64,000 bases of DNA, from the NCBI GenBank assembly GCA_965116325.1, contig OZ220675.1:833536-897535 (forward strand), read 5' to 3'. Positions within the stretch are counted from its first letter, which is position 1. Each line of letters begins with the position of its first letter. The notes under the pieces were generated by a model, which was not told where the DNA came from, ran no database searches, and saw only the letters and a program-made list of their open reading frames with translations. A program made the position numbers and the translations under genes. The stretch is from Dehalococcoidia bacterium. Its GTDB lineage: Bacteria > Chloroflexota > Dehalococcoidia > Lucifugimonadales > JAGWBF01. Of this stretch, positions 52,740 through 61,045 are shown piece after piece.

Positions 52740-54257
52740 ATGTCTATAGATCAACAGGACGGGCGTTGGTCCCGGCTGCGGGGCCTGTGCGAAGATGTGC
52801 TGGCCGACAAGACGCTTATTCTCGCCAGCAACCGCGGGCCTGTTGAGCACCACGCCCTTCCCGACGGGCGGACCGAGGCGAGGCGAGGCAGCGGGGGAGT
52901 CGTTACAGCGCTGAACTCCCTGGCCCAGATGCTGGAGTTCACCTGGGTGGCCAGCGCCGTCGGCGAGGGGGACCGAAGGGCCTCCGAAGGAAGCCAGGGC
53001 TCCCGCATCAAGTCTCCTATCCCCGGACACAAGATATACACCCGCTTCGTCGTCACACCCCGGAAGGTCTACCACAAGTACTACAACATCTTCTGCAATC
53101 CCCTGCTCTGGTTCCTCCAGCACTACATGTGGAACTCCCCCTACAACCCGAACCTGGATGCCAACGTTCATGATGCATGGAGCGACGGGTACGTAGAGGT
53201 CAACAAGGCATTTGCCGATGTGGTGGTGGAGGAAGCATCCACCACCACCAAGACGCCGGTGGTCATGGTGCACGACTACCACCTGTACCTGGCCCCCCAA
53301 TACATCCGGGAAGCTTTGGGCAACGCCATCATCCACCATTTCACTCACATCCCATGGCCCAGCCCCAGGTACTGGCAGCTCCTCCCATCCTCGATCCTCC
53401 GGAGCATCTGCAGGTCCCTCTGCGCCTCGGACATCATCGGGTTCCAGACTCCCCACGATGTCCGCAACTTCCTGGACAGCTGCGAAGAGTTCCTGCCCGA
53501 TTCCCAGATAGACCATGTTGAAAGGTCTGTCGTCCTGGACGGGCACAGGACCCTTGTGCGGGCTTACCCCATCTCCATCGATGCTGAAGAGATCGTCAGG
53601 ATAGCCAACTCCCCCCGGGCCCTGGACTACGAGCAGAAGCTGAAGCCCATGTGCAACGAGAGCACCATCATCCGGGTTGACAGGGCGGAGCCCAGCAAGA
53701 ATGTGGTGCGCGGCTTCAAGGCCTTCGGGCTGCTCCTGCAACGCCACCCCGACCTTCGGGGAAAGGTGAACTTCCTCGCCTTCCTGGTACCCTCCCGCAC
53801 TCACATCCGCCAGTACCAGCGATACATGGACGAGATACAGCAGACCATCCGCGAGATAAACGCCACCTACGGCACCGACGATTGGACGCCCATCTCCACC
53901 TTTATGGAGAACAACTACACCCAGGCCATAGCGGGCATGAAGCTCTACGACGTAATGCTGGTCAACTCTGTCATCGACGGGATGAACCTGGTGGCCAAGG
54001 AAGGCCCCATCGTCAACGGCCGGGAGGGTGTGCTGATCCTGTCCGAGACCACGGGCGCCTACAAGCAGCTCCACAAGGGGGCGCTGACCGTGTCCCCTTC
54101 GGACATCGAGGGCACCATGCAGGCCATGTACCAAGCCCTGACCATGGACCCCGAGGAGCGCAAGAGGCGTTCGGCCGACCTGTCCCAGATCATAGAGCGG
54201 GAAGACATCAACAACTGGCTGTGCACCCAGCTCCAGGACATCGGGTCCCTAACCTAG
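52740..54257 (+). CDS. otsA: trehalose-6-phosphate synthase (GT20)
   Basis: LILASNRGPVEH, VHDYHL, and GT20 blocks through VNSVIDGMNLVAKE. Confidence 0.88.
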   Translation: MSIDQQDGRWSRLRGLCEDVLADKTLILASNRGPVEHHALPDGRTEARRGSGGVVTALNSLAQMLEFTWVASAVGEGDRRASEGSQGSRIKSPIPGHKIYTRFVVTPRKVYHKYYNIFCNPLLWFLQHYMWNSPYNPNLDANVHDAWSDGYVEVNKAFADVVVEEASTTTKTPVVMVHDYHLYLAPQYIREALGNAIIHHFTHIPWPSPRYWQLLPSSILRSICRSLCASDIIGFQTPHDVRNFLDSCEEFLPDSQIDHVERSVVLDGHRTLVRAYPISIDAEEIVRIANSPRALDYEQKLKPMCNESTIIRVDRAEPSKNVVRGFKAFGLLLQRHPDLRGKVNFLAFLVPSRTHIRQYQRYMDEIQQTIREINATYGTDDWTPISTFMENNYTQAIAGMKLYDVMLVNSVIDGMNLVAKEGPIVNGREGVLILSETTGAYKQLHKGALTVSPSDIEGTMQAMYQALTMDPEERKRRSADLSQIIEREDINNWLCTQLQDIGSLT

Positions 54258-54261
54258 GCAT

Positions 54262-55128
54262 CTAGCCGGCGTTAGCCGCCAGCCAGTCCAGGAACCACCC
54301 GACCTCTCCGACACCGCCCAGGATGTAGTCCGCCTGGCTGGCAATCTCCCGAGGAGCGTCGGCGCCAACTACCCCGACCTTCAGGCCTTCGCACCGACCT
54401 TCCTTGACCAGGCGGTCAACGGCACGGAAGGCGTCCAGGTCGGTCACGTCGTCCCCAATGTACACCAGGGACTCCACCCCACGGCTTCCGGCGAGGTCAA
54501 CAACAGCGGTGCCCTTGGTGAGGTCCACGGGGGGCAGAATGTTGATCACCATCTTTCCGAGCACCTGCCTGAACGCTCCCAATGAGGTGAGGACCTTCCG
54601 GTTCACAGCCTCCTGGACCTGCCTCCCTGCCTCCTCCGGGTCGGGGGCATTGCGGTAGTGGATAGCGAAGGACACCCCCTTGTCCTCGAAGAAGACCCCT
54701 GGGACCGCGAGCTCGGCCTCCAGGGACAGCTTCAGCTCATCCAGGGCTTGGAGGTGCGCCTTCACGCTGGCAGGGACGGATAGCTCACCATTCTCCAACT
54801 GTTCCAGGCCGTGGTTTCCGACGTACAACAGGTCATCAATGGCCACAATCCGGCGGGCTTGAAAGGCTGAACGTCCCGTTATCACCGCCACCAAGTGGAG
54901 CTTCCTGCAAAGGGCGGCCAAGGGGTCCCTGACCTGCGGAGAAACTACCGAGTCTTCGGGGTTGGACACCAGCTCCGACAGGGTCCCATCCAGGTCTGTG
55001 AGCAGGCCGAACCGCCCGCCCCGCAGGAGCGAAGCCACATGGTCCAGGTGGTCTGAGAGGTGCTTTGACGAGATGTTTTCCTGCCTGATCGCCGTCGTTT
55101 CGAGAAAGTCTCGTTCCCTTTCTCCCAT
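54262..55128 (-). CDS. otsB: trehalose-phosphatase (HAD)
   Basis: LLTDLDGTLS motif I, VITGRS, YIGDDVTDLDAF. Convergent with otsA. Confidence 0.85.
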   Translation of the reverse strand: MGERERDFLETTAIRQENISSKHLSDHLDHVASLLRGGRFGLLTDLDGTLSELVSNPEDSVVSPQVRDPLAALCRKLHLVAVITGRSAFQARRIVAIDDLLYVGNHGLEQLENGELSVPASVKAHLQALDELKLSLEAELAVPGVFFEDKGVSFAIHYRNAPDPEEAGRQVQEAVNRKVLTSLGAFRQVLGKMVINILPPVDLTKGTAVVDLAGSRGVESLVYIGDDVTDLDAFRAVDRLVKEGRCEGLKVGVVGADAPREIASQADYILGGVGEVGWFLDWLAANAG

Positions 55129-55163
55129 TTTACACCTGTGATAAAATTAACAACTAAGCCGAT

Positions 55164-55751
55164 GTGGGGAGAAGGTACATGGAAGAGCTGTTCCAGCTAG
55201 GACACGAAAGCTCTGAACCCGCCGACATTAACCTGTGCATATTCCTACATCTTAAAGAGTTCCTGGTCATCGACCGCCGGGACCCCGCAACATCCATCTT
55301 CCACCTGGACTCGACCGCTATCTTCGACGAGAGCTTCATCTCAAAGGTGGAAGAGGGCTTTGCAAGCATCCTCCGAGAACCCTGTGAGCACCCCTTCGTC
55401 CAGTTCATGGACCTGCCTCTGCGCCTGGAGGAGCACTTCCGGGAGATGGCCATTGCCAAGATATTGGAGCACCTGGACCGGGGCATCGCCATCGATGGGC
55501 CTCCCAACATCGCCGTCTACGTTATTGGAGGGCCATCGGGAGACATGGGCCCCCAAGACGTTCACCTGGCCTGTCGCTCCCTGCTTGGGGAGCACAGCAG
55601 CTCAGCGGTGATGGAAGAGCTGAGCGACCTGCTGGACCGGCTGATGAAGCAGGAGCACCGGGTCATTCGCAACCTGAACCGCGAGGAGATCCGGGAGATG
55701 CTGGGCGACCAGTCTCCCAACTTCTTCACCCTCTGGGAGAGGCGGAACTAG
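55164..55751 (+). CDS. hypothetical acidic protein
   Basis: 195-aa ORF with no recognisable motif. Somewhat AT-richer than neighbours. Start uncertain (an ATG at 55179 is also possible). Confidence 0.45.
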   Translation: MGRRYMEELFQLGHESSEPADINLCIFLHLKEFLVIDRRDPATSIFHLDSTAIFDESFISKVEEGFASILREPCEHPFVQFMDLPLRLEEHFREMAIAKILEHLDRGIAIDGPPNIAVYVIGGPSGDMGPQDVHLACRSLLGEHSSSAVMEELSDLLDRLMKQEHRVIRNLNREEIREMLGDQSPNFFTLWERRN

Positions 55752-55771
55752 ACCAACCACCTGCGACCGCC

Positions 55772-56449
55772 CTACGGAATAGACCGGACTATTGCCGTGA
55801 CGTCGTCTTCCTTGAAGCTGCCGTAGGCGCCATCCCTGCCCAAGTTCGACTCCCGCCTTTCCATGAACCTGGCCTGAATTCGCTCCACGGCTTCCGAAGC
55901 CGATCCACTTTCGCCCAGGGCTGCGCGCATCTCGGCATCCGGCAGATTGCTCAGTAGCCCGTCGGTGGCAAGCAGGATCTTGTCCCCCGGCTGAACCTCC
56001 AGGGTCCCTAAGTCATACTCCAGGGTCTGCTTGAGCCCTATAGCCCCGCCAACCAACGTGTTGAGATCCCCATGCTCCCGCACAGGTGTAAGGGGAGTTA
56101 TGGCGCCGTACCTGAAGAGGTACACAGCGCTGTCGCCAGCGCTGATCACGCTGGCGCGCTCCTGCTGGTAGAAGACCAAGGCCACGGTGGTAAGCAGGTT
56201 CCGCCCCCGCCCCGCCTGGAACAACACCTCGTTGGCCTGCTTCAGCAAGCCCAGGACATCGTCCAGGCTTTCGACGGCCCCTTTAGCCAGCAGGTCCCTG
56301 GTGAAGCCGCTGGCATAACCCCCCTCACAATGAGTGACCCCGTCCAGGACGCAGTCCATGGCCATGCCATGGCCCAGCTCCCGGACAAGATAGGCATCCT
56401 CTCCATGGCAGGAGTTGTCCTGGAAGGCATCTACGTGACTATAATCCAT
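55772..56449 (-). CDS. PP2C-family Ser/Thr phosphatase
   Basis: GEDAYLV, VLDGVTH, ISAGDSAVYL and LLATDGLLSNL correspond to PPM motifs with metal-binding Asp residues. Confidence 0.8.
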   Translation of the reverse strand: MDYSHVDAFQDNSCHGEDAYLVRELGHGMAMDCVLDGVTHCEGGYASGFTRDLLAKGAVESLDDVLGLLKQANEVLFQAGRGRNLLTTVALVFYQQERASVISAGDSAVYLFRYGAITPLTPVREHGDLNTLVGGAIGLKQTLEYDLGTLEVQPGDKILLATDGLLSNLPDAEMRAALGESGSASEAVERIQARFMERRESNLGRDGAYGSFKEDDVTAIVRSIP

Positions 56450-56511
56450 TGGATGACCTTACGATTAGATGACGGCTCCGGGGGCTGGCCTTCAGACACC
56501 CGGACTCTCTT

Positions 56512-57510
56512 TCACAATAGGAAGCGCTTCCAGTAGGGCTCATCCAGCAGCTCCCTGGCGTTTCTCCAGACAATCAGCGCAGGATTGCCCTCATCGTGCA
56601 GGCTGTCCCGATTGGATGCAGCCTCCAGGCAATGCTGCAGGTCGGTCCCGAATTCAGCCACCGAAGAGTACCTTCGCCCCCTTACTTTCTGCAGCGTCTC
56701 AACCGCCGCTTGGCCCAGGTCCTGGTCCTCGGCCTTGAGGAAGGAGTCGATCATCCCGTCCACATGCTGTCCGAAGCCCGTCGGTGCCCGCATCCCGTAG
56801 GGTTCGCCGTAGCCCCGCACACTCAGAGGCGGACGCAAAGGGGACACGTAGAACCGGAACACCTCCGCGAAGAAGTTGTGGACATCCTGCTCCTGGCCCC
56901 CTGAGCTTGCCTGCCCCTGGGACGCCGTCCCAAGAGTGGGCACGGTCCCCACATCGATGACGGATATGTTGCCGCCGACAGGGTCGTAGTAGATGTTCTG
57001 GGGGCGCAAATCCAGTAGAAGATGCCCAGCGGCAGCGAAGGACTCCTCCACATCGAGGATCTGGGATTGCACAGAGCCGGCGCCGTCCGGCATCTCCGAT
57101 AGCGCGGGGTGCAGCACAAACAGGTTTTGCCCCACTCCGATGGGTACCCCCCTGAACTTGTCCCCGATGTCGGCCACCAGGGGTATGCCCCTGGCCCTTT
57201 CGAACACCAGCACCCTGTACTGGGGCTCCAACTCATCCTCGAAGTACCTCCCCTGGTTGGCGAGGTTGGTGTAGCCAAGCATCCTGCACACTCCGGGTAC
57301 CGAGTTGGCGACCGATGAGTGGATGTCGATCAGCGCTTCCGAAAGCAGATCGATGCCGGTATGCAGTCCCCGGGCGATGTAGTCGGGCTTGGGGCGCTTG
57401 ACGACCACAGGCGCTCCCGTTTCCATGTCGCAGGCAGCATGGACCTCGTAGTCCGACCCTGAACCCAGGAGACCTTCCAACCGGAACCTGTCCAGGGATA
57501 CCTTCTCCAT
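56512..57510 (-). CDS. atypical protein-kinase-like protein
   Basis: Gly-loop LLGSGSDYEV, VVVKRPK (VAIK Lys), catalytic loop HLLLDLRPQNI (HRD replaced by LLD), VIDVG (DFG-like). 62 nt upstream of the PP2C gene on the same strand. Confidence 0.7.
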   Translation of the reverse strand: MEKVSLDRFRLEGLLGSGSDYEVHAACDMETGAPVVVKRPKPDYIARGLHTGIDLLSEALIDIHSSVANSVPGVCRMLGYTNLANQGRYFEDELEPQYRVLVFERARGIPLVADIGDKFRGVPIGVGQNLFVLHPALSEMPDGAGSVQSQILDVEESFAAAGHLLLDLRPQNIYYDPVGGNISVIDVGTVPTLGTASQGQASSGGQEQDVHNFFAEVFRFYVSPLRPPLSVRGYGEPYGMRAPTGFGQHVDGMIDSFLKAEDQDLGQAAVETLQKVRGRRYSSVAEFGTDLQHCLEAASNRDSLHDEGNPALIVWRNARELLDEPYWKRFLL

Positions 57511-57538
57511 TACCGCCGCCTCTGTCGGGACCTGGGAT

Positions 57539-58555
57539 TCAGGGTTGGGGGGCCAGCGCTCGGATGGTGCGAAGCACGATTTCGGTGTCGCATCCGTAAG
57601 GGCAGCCGATCACCGGGGAAGTTGCGCCGTTGTCCCTGTACCTGGACAGCTTCTCCCTGCACGTATCCTCGTCACCGGTGATGGTGATGTTGTCCAGGAT
57701 ATCCTGGGACACCATGGCAACGGCCCCGCCCCGGTCGCCTGAGACCCACGCCTGCCGGATGCGAGACGCCTCCTCACCGTAGCCGTACCTGGTGAACAGG
57801 TCGTAGTAGTAGGTCCCCATCCCGCCCACGTAGTAGGCGATGTGACCGCTGAGCAGCTGTCGCGCCTCGGCCTCCTCCTCGCTGTTGCGGGAGACGTAGC
57901 ACAGAATGCTGGGCGCAACGTCGATATCTGCTGCGCTCCGATTAGCTTCCTCCGCACCTTGTTCCACATGACGGAACATATCGGAGAGATGGCCCACGTG
58001 GGGCCAGGTGGGGAGCCATCCATCGGCCAGCTCTCCCGTCAGGGCCAGGTTCCTGGGGCCCAGGGAAGCTATGTAAATGGGGATATTCTCCTGAACCGGT
58101 GAGAAGGGAAGACGAAATCGGGCGAGGTTGAACAGCTTGCCCTGGAAGTCCACCCGCTGGCCACTGAGTACCAGGCGGATGATGTTTATGTACTCCCGGG
58201 TGCGCTCCAGGGGTTTGCGGTATTCGACGCCATGCCAGTCCTCGATGACGATACGTCCGCTGGTGCCCAGACCCAGGGACGCCCGCCCGCCGGAGATAAC
58301 GTCCAGGGAGGCGATGCTCTGGGCGGTCATAGCCGGAGTGCGGCTGAAGACAGTGGCGATGCCCGTGCCCAGGCGAATCCGGCTGGTGTGGCAGGCGATC
58401 ATCGTCAGCGTGGTGAACACATCCCAGCCCCAGGACTCGCCCACCCAGATAGTGTCGTATCCCAGCTCATCGGCTAGCTTGGCGGAAGCGATAACCTCAT
58501 CGATGGTGGAATCCCGGCGGCTTCCGATGTGGAAACCGGTGGCTGTGTGGTCCAC
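57539..58555 (-). CDS. LLM-class (luciferase-like) flavin/F420-dependent oxidoreductase
   Basis: AKLADELGYDTIWVGESWGWD, SGGRASLGLGTSG and the TIM-barrel LLM pattern. Confidence 0.88.
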   Translation of the reverse strand: MDHTATGFHIGSRRDSTIDEVIASAKLADELGYDTIWVGESWGWDVFTTLTMIACHTSRIRLGTGIATVFSRTPAMTAQSIASLDVISGGRASLGLGTSGRIVIEDWHGVEYRKPLERTREYINIIRLVLSGQRVDFQGKLFNLARFRLPFSPVQENIPIYIASLGPRNLALTGELADGWLPTWPHVGHLSDMFRHVEQGAEEANRSAADIDVAPSILCYVSRNSEEEAEARQLLSGHIAYYVGGMGTYYYDLFTRYGYGEEASRIRQAWVSGDRGGAVAMVSQDILDNITITGDEDTCREKLSRYRDNGATSPVIGCPYGCDTEIVLRTIRALAPQP

Positions 58556-58710
58556 GAGAAGCGACCTCTCAGGCAGGAATGCGGAGGAGCAACGTCCCCT
58601 ATTCTAGGTGGGGGAGTACCTTTGTCAAGGACGGCCTCATCAAGGTAGCGTATAGTTCTTCATGCGCCGATAGAGGTGCGGTCTGCACATAGGATGAGGA
58701 GGCAAAGACG

Positions 58711-59175
58711 ATGACGCTGGAATCCCTCGAAAGGCGAATCCAAGCCCTGGAAGATATAGAGGCCATCAAGAAGCTCAAGGCCCGGTACTGCACCTACTGC
58801 GATGACAACTACAATGCCGACAGCATCGCCTCACTATTCGTGGAGGACGCCGTCTGGGATGGAGGCATTCGCGGCAAGGCTGAAGGTCGGGAAGCCATCA
58901 GGGACTTCTTCGTGCGCGCCCCCCAGCGCCTGTCCTTCGCGGTCCACATGGTGATGAACCCCATCATCGAAGTGGAAGGCGACCATGCGACGGGGATCTG
59001 GTACCTGTTCCAAGCCTGCACCTATGCCGAGGGCCAGCGCCCGGTTTGGGGTTCCGCCCGCTACGATGAGGAGTATGTGCGGGTGGATGGGCGCTGGATG
59101 TTCAAGACCCTAAAGCTGACATCGTTCTTCTGGACACCCTTCGACGAGGGTTGGGCCAAGTCCCGGTTTGTTTGA
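58711..59175 (+). CDS. SnoaL-like / NTF2-fold protein (SnoaL_4 type)
   Basis: LEDIEAIKKLKARYCTYCD...LFVEDAVWD...YDEEYVRVDGRWMF is typical of the SnoaL_4/BaiE-like family. Confidence 0.75.
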   Translation: MTLESLERRIQALEDIEAIKKLKARYCTYCDDNYNADSIASLFVEDAVWDGGIRGKAEGREAIRDFFVRAPQRLSFAVHMVMNPIIEVEGDHATGIWYLFQACTYAEGQRPVWGSARYDEEYVRVDGRWMFKTLKLTSFFWTPFDEGWAKSRFV

Positions 59176-59291
59176 ACGACCAGCAAAGGCGCAGGGGATT
59201 TGTTGACGCCAAATATCGCCGGTTAGTAGAATACGGTCAGGTACTACCTCTCTACTCGCCTATCCGGGCATGGTTAAAAAGGAGCGCTCCG

Positions 59292-59627
59292 GTGGCCCAG
59301 TACGTGCTTATCGAGTCTCGCGACCCCTTCGAATACGGCGACCCCCTGTACATCTACGACCTGGCCGGAGACCTGGCCGCCAAGGGTAACGACGTTACCC
59401 TGTTCCTGGTGCAGAACGGGGTCCTGACCACCCGCACCGGGGTGAAGGACAACCCGCTGCCCAAGCTCCGCCAGAAAGCCCCCGGCGTCTCCGTACATGC
59501 CGATGATTTCTCCCTCAGGGAGCGGGGCATCTCCGCCGCGAACCTGGTGGAAGGCGTATCGGTTTCCAGCATCGATACCCTGGTGGACCTGCTGGTGCAG
59601 GACGGGGCAAAGATAGTCTGGCACTAG
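59292..59627 (+). CDS. DsrE/DsrF/TusC-like sulfur-relay family protein
   Basis: YVLIESRDPF...VTLFLVQNGV...VHADDFSLRERGI. GTG at 59292 lies 7 nt after AAGGAG; the listed ORF start at 59151 overlaps the previous gene. Confidence 0.6.
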   Translation: MAQYVLIESRDPFEYGDPLYIYDLAGDLAAKGNDVTLFLVQNGVLTTRTGVKDNPLPKLRQKAPGVSVHADDFSLRERGISAANLVEGVSVSSIDTLVDLLVQDGAKIVWH

Positions 59628-59645
59628 GACAGAAAGGAACATCCA

Positions 59646-60035
59646 ATGGCCACGTTGACGATCGCATTGATGGACTCACCCTACGAGTCGGGAACCACGA
59701 CCACGGCCCTTAGGATCATCGATGCCGCTGTCCGAAAGGGCCACAGGGTGAACGTATTCGCCTACGAGGGAGCGGTGAACCTGACCATGGCCGACCAGAA
59801 GCCCCATCCCAACCCGGTGAAGGGGACTTCGGTGGAGGACCAGCACCACCCCACCACTTCCGAGTGGGTAGCCGGGGTTCTCAAGACCGAGCTGGTGGAC
59901 TGGATCAACTGCGGCCTCTGCGTCGATGAGCGCGGCGCCGGAAACTGGATTGAGGGCGCTAGGCGGGGCGGGCCTCCCGACCTGTTCAAGTGGTCCAACG
60001 AGAGCAACAACACCCTGATCATCGGAACAAGGTAG
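59646..60035 (+). CDS. DsrE/TusD-like sulfur-relay family protein
   Basis: TIALMDSPYES...VNVFAYEGAV...WINCGLCVDERG (conserved Cys context of DsrE/TusD). Confidence 0.65.
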   Translation: MATLTIALMDSPYESGTTTTALRIIDAAVRKGHRVNVFAYEGAVNLTMADQKPHPNPVKGTSVEDQHHPTTSEWVAGVLKTELVDWINCGLCVDERGAGNWIEGARRGGPPDLFKWSNESNNTLIIGTR

Positions 60036-60046
60036 AGGAGGCAGCG

Positions 60047-60430
60047 GTGGCATCTATCTTGTCAATAGTCGAGCGGGCTTACCACGGCACCATCGAAGAG
60101 CAGGATGATACGATCCTGTGGCTGAGCCACATGATCAAGAACGCCGGCGGTGATATCTCCGTACTTCTGCGAGGCAATGCGGTCAACTATGCGGTGCTGG
60201 GCCAGGATGCCACGGGCCTGTCCTTCGGGGACGTCAAGCTCGAGGTTGCGCCCACGCTGGATAAAGATGTGGAGAACCTGATAGCCGCGGGCGTGACCAC
60301 ATATGTGGTCCAAGAAGACCTGGAGGAACGTGGCATCAGCCGCGACGAGGTTGCGAAGGGGATCAACATGGTCGGCCGTTCTCAGGTTGCCGACCTGTTC
60401 GACTCCCACGACTCTATCTGGCACTGGTAG
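60047..60430 (+). CDS. DsrE/DsrF/DsrH-like family protein
   Basis: ISVLLRGNAVNYAV...TYVVQEDLEERGIS. GTG at 60047 lies 5 nt after GAGGAGG. Confidence 0.5.
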   Translation: MASILSIVERAYHGTIEEQDDTILWLSHMIKNAGGDISVLLRGNAVNYAVLGQDATGLSFGDVKLEVAPTLDKDVENLIAAGVTTYVVQEDLEERGISRDEVAKGINMVGRSQVADLFDSHDSIWHW

Positions 60431-60447
60431 TCTGCGTTACTCCCCAT

Positions 60448-60524
60448 GTCCCAGTAGCTCAGTTGGACAGAGCGGGTGCCTTCTAAGCACTAGGTCGCGG
60501 GTTCGAATCCTGCCTGGGACGCCA
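60448..60524 (+). tRNA. tRNA-Arg (anticodon TCT), CCA encoded
   Basis: GTCCCAG/CTGGGAC acceptor, D arm GCTC-AGTTGGAC-AGAGC, anticodon stem GGTGC/GCACT with loop CUUCUAA, T arm GCGGG-TTCGAAT-CCTGC, and G-CCA. Confidence 0.92.
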
Positions 60525-60605
60525 CTCTCCCTTCATTGTACAGAAATACCACGATACGCTTCTGCAATGTCCTGGGCATTACACATCCAGGTTTAGGAGG
60601 CCAAA

Positions 60606-60965
60606 ATGGCAAACCCTGTTGTTCACTGGGAAATCGGAGGCCCAAACGTAGAGGGGCTCCACGAGTTCTACCGCAGCCTGTTTGACTGGAACGTCCAGGT
60701 GATGGAGCAGATGGGCAACTACGGCCTCGTAAACGGCGAAGAGGGGGGCATTGGCGGGGGTATAACCCCAACCGCCGAAGGACTGGCCCCCAATTTCGTG
60801 ACCATCTATGTTCAGGTCGATGACCTCCAGTCCTACCTCAACAAGGCAGAGGGGCTGGGAGGGAAGACAATCATGCCTCCCTTGAAGATATCTGACGAGA
60901 TCGGCTCCGCAGCCATGTTCAGCGACCCTCAAGGCAACGTAATCGGTCTGTTCCAGTCCACCTGA
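60606..60965 (+). CDS. VOC (glyoxalase/bleomycin-resistance) family protein
   Basis: VVHWEIGGPN...FYRSLFDWNV...FSDPQGNVIGL is typical of small VOC proteins. Confidence 0.85.
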   Translation: MANPVVHWEIGGPNVEGLHEFYRSLFDWNVQVMEQMGNYGLVNGEEGGIGGGITPTAEGLAPNFVTIYVQVDDLQSYLNKAEGLGGKTIMPPLKISDEIGSAAMFSDPQGNVIGLFQST

Positions 60966-61045
60966 TGAGCCTGAGCGGCGCCTGCCCGCAGGCTGGTCCA
61001 CCTCTCACAACCCTATGGGTGGTCTGCCCCAGGGAATAGGCAACA

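Noticed and set aside
52707-54134. 475-aa ORF on the minus strand
   Set aside because: It lies entirely antisense to the well-supported otsA gene. It has the Gly/Val/Asp/His/Pro-rich composition typical of shadow ORFs in high-GC DNA.
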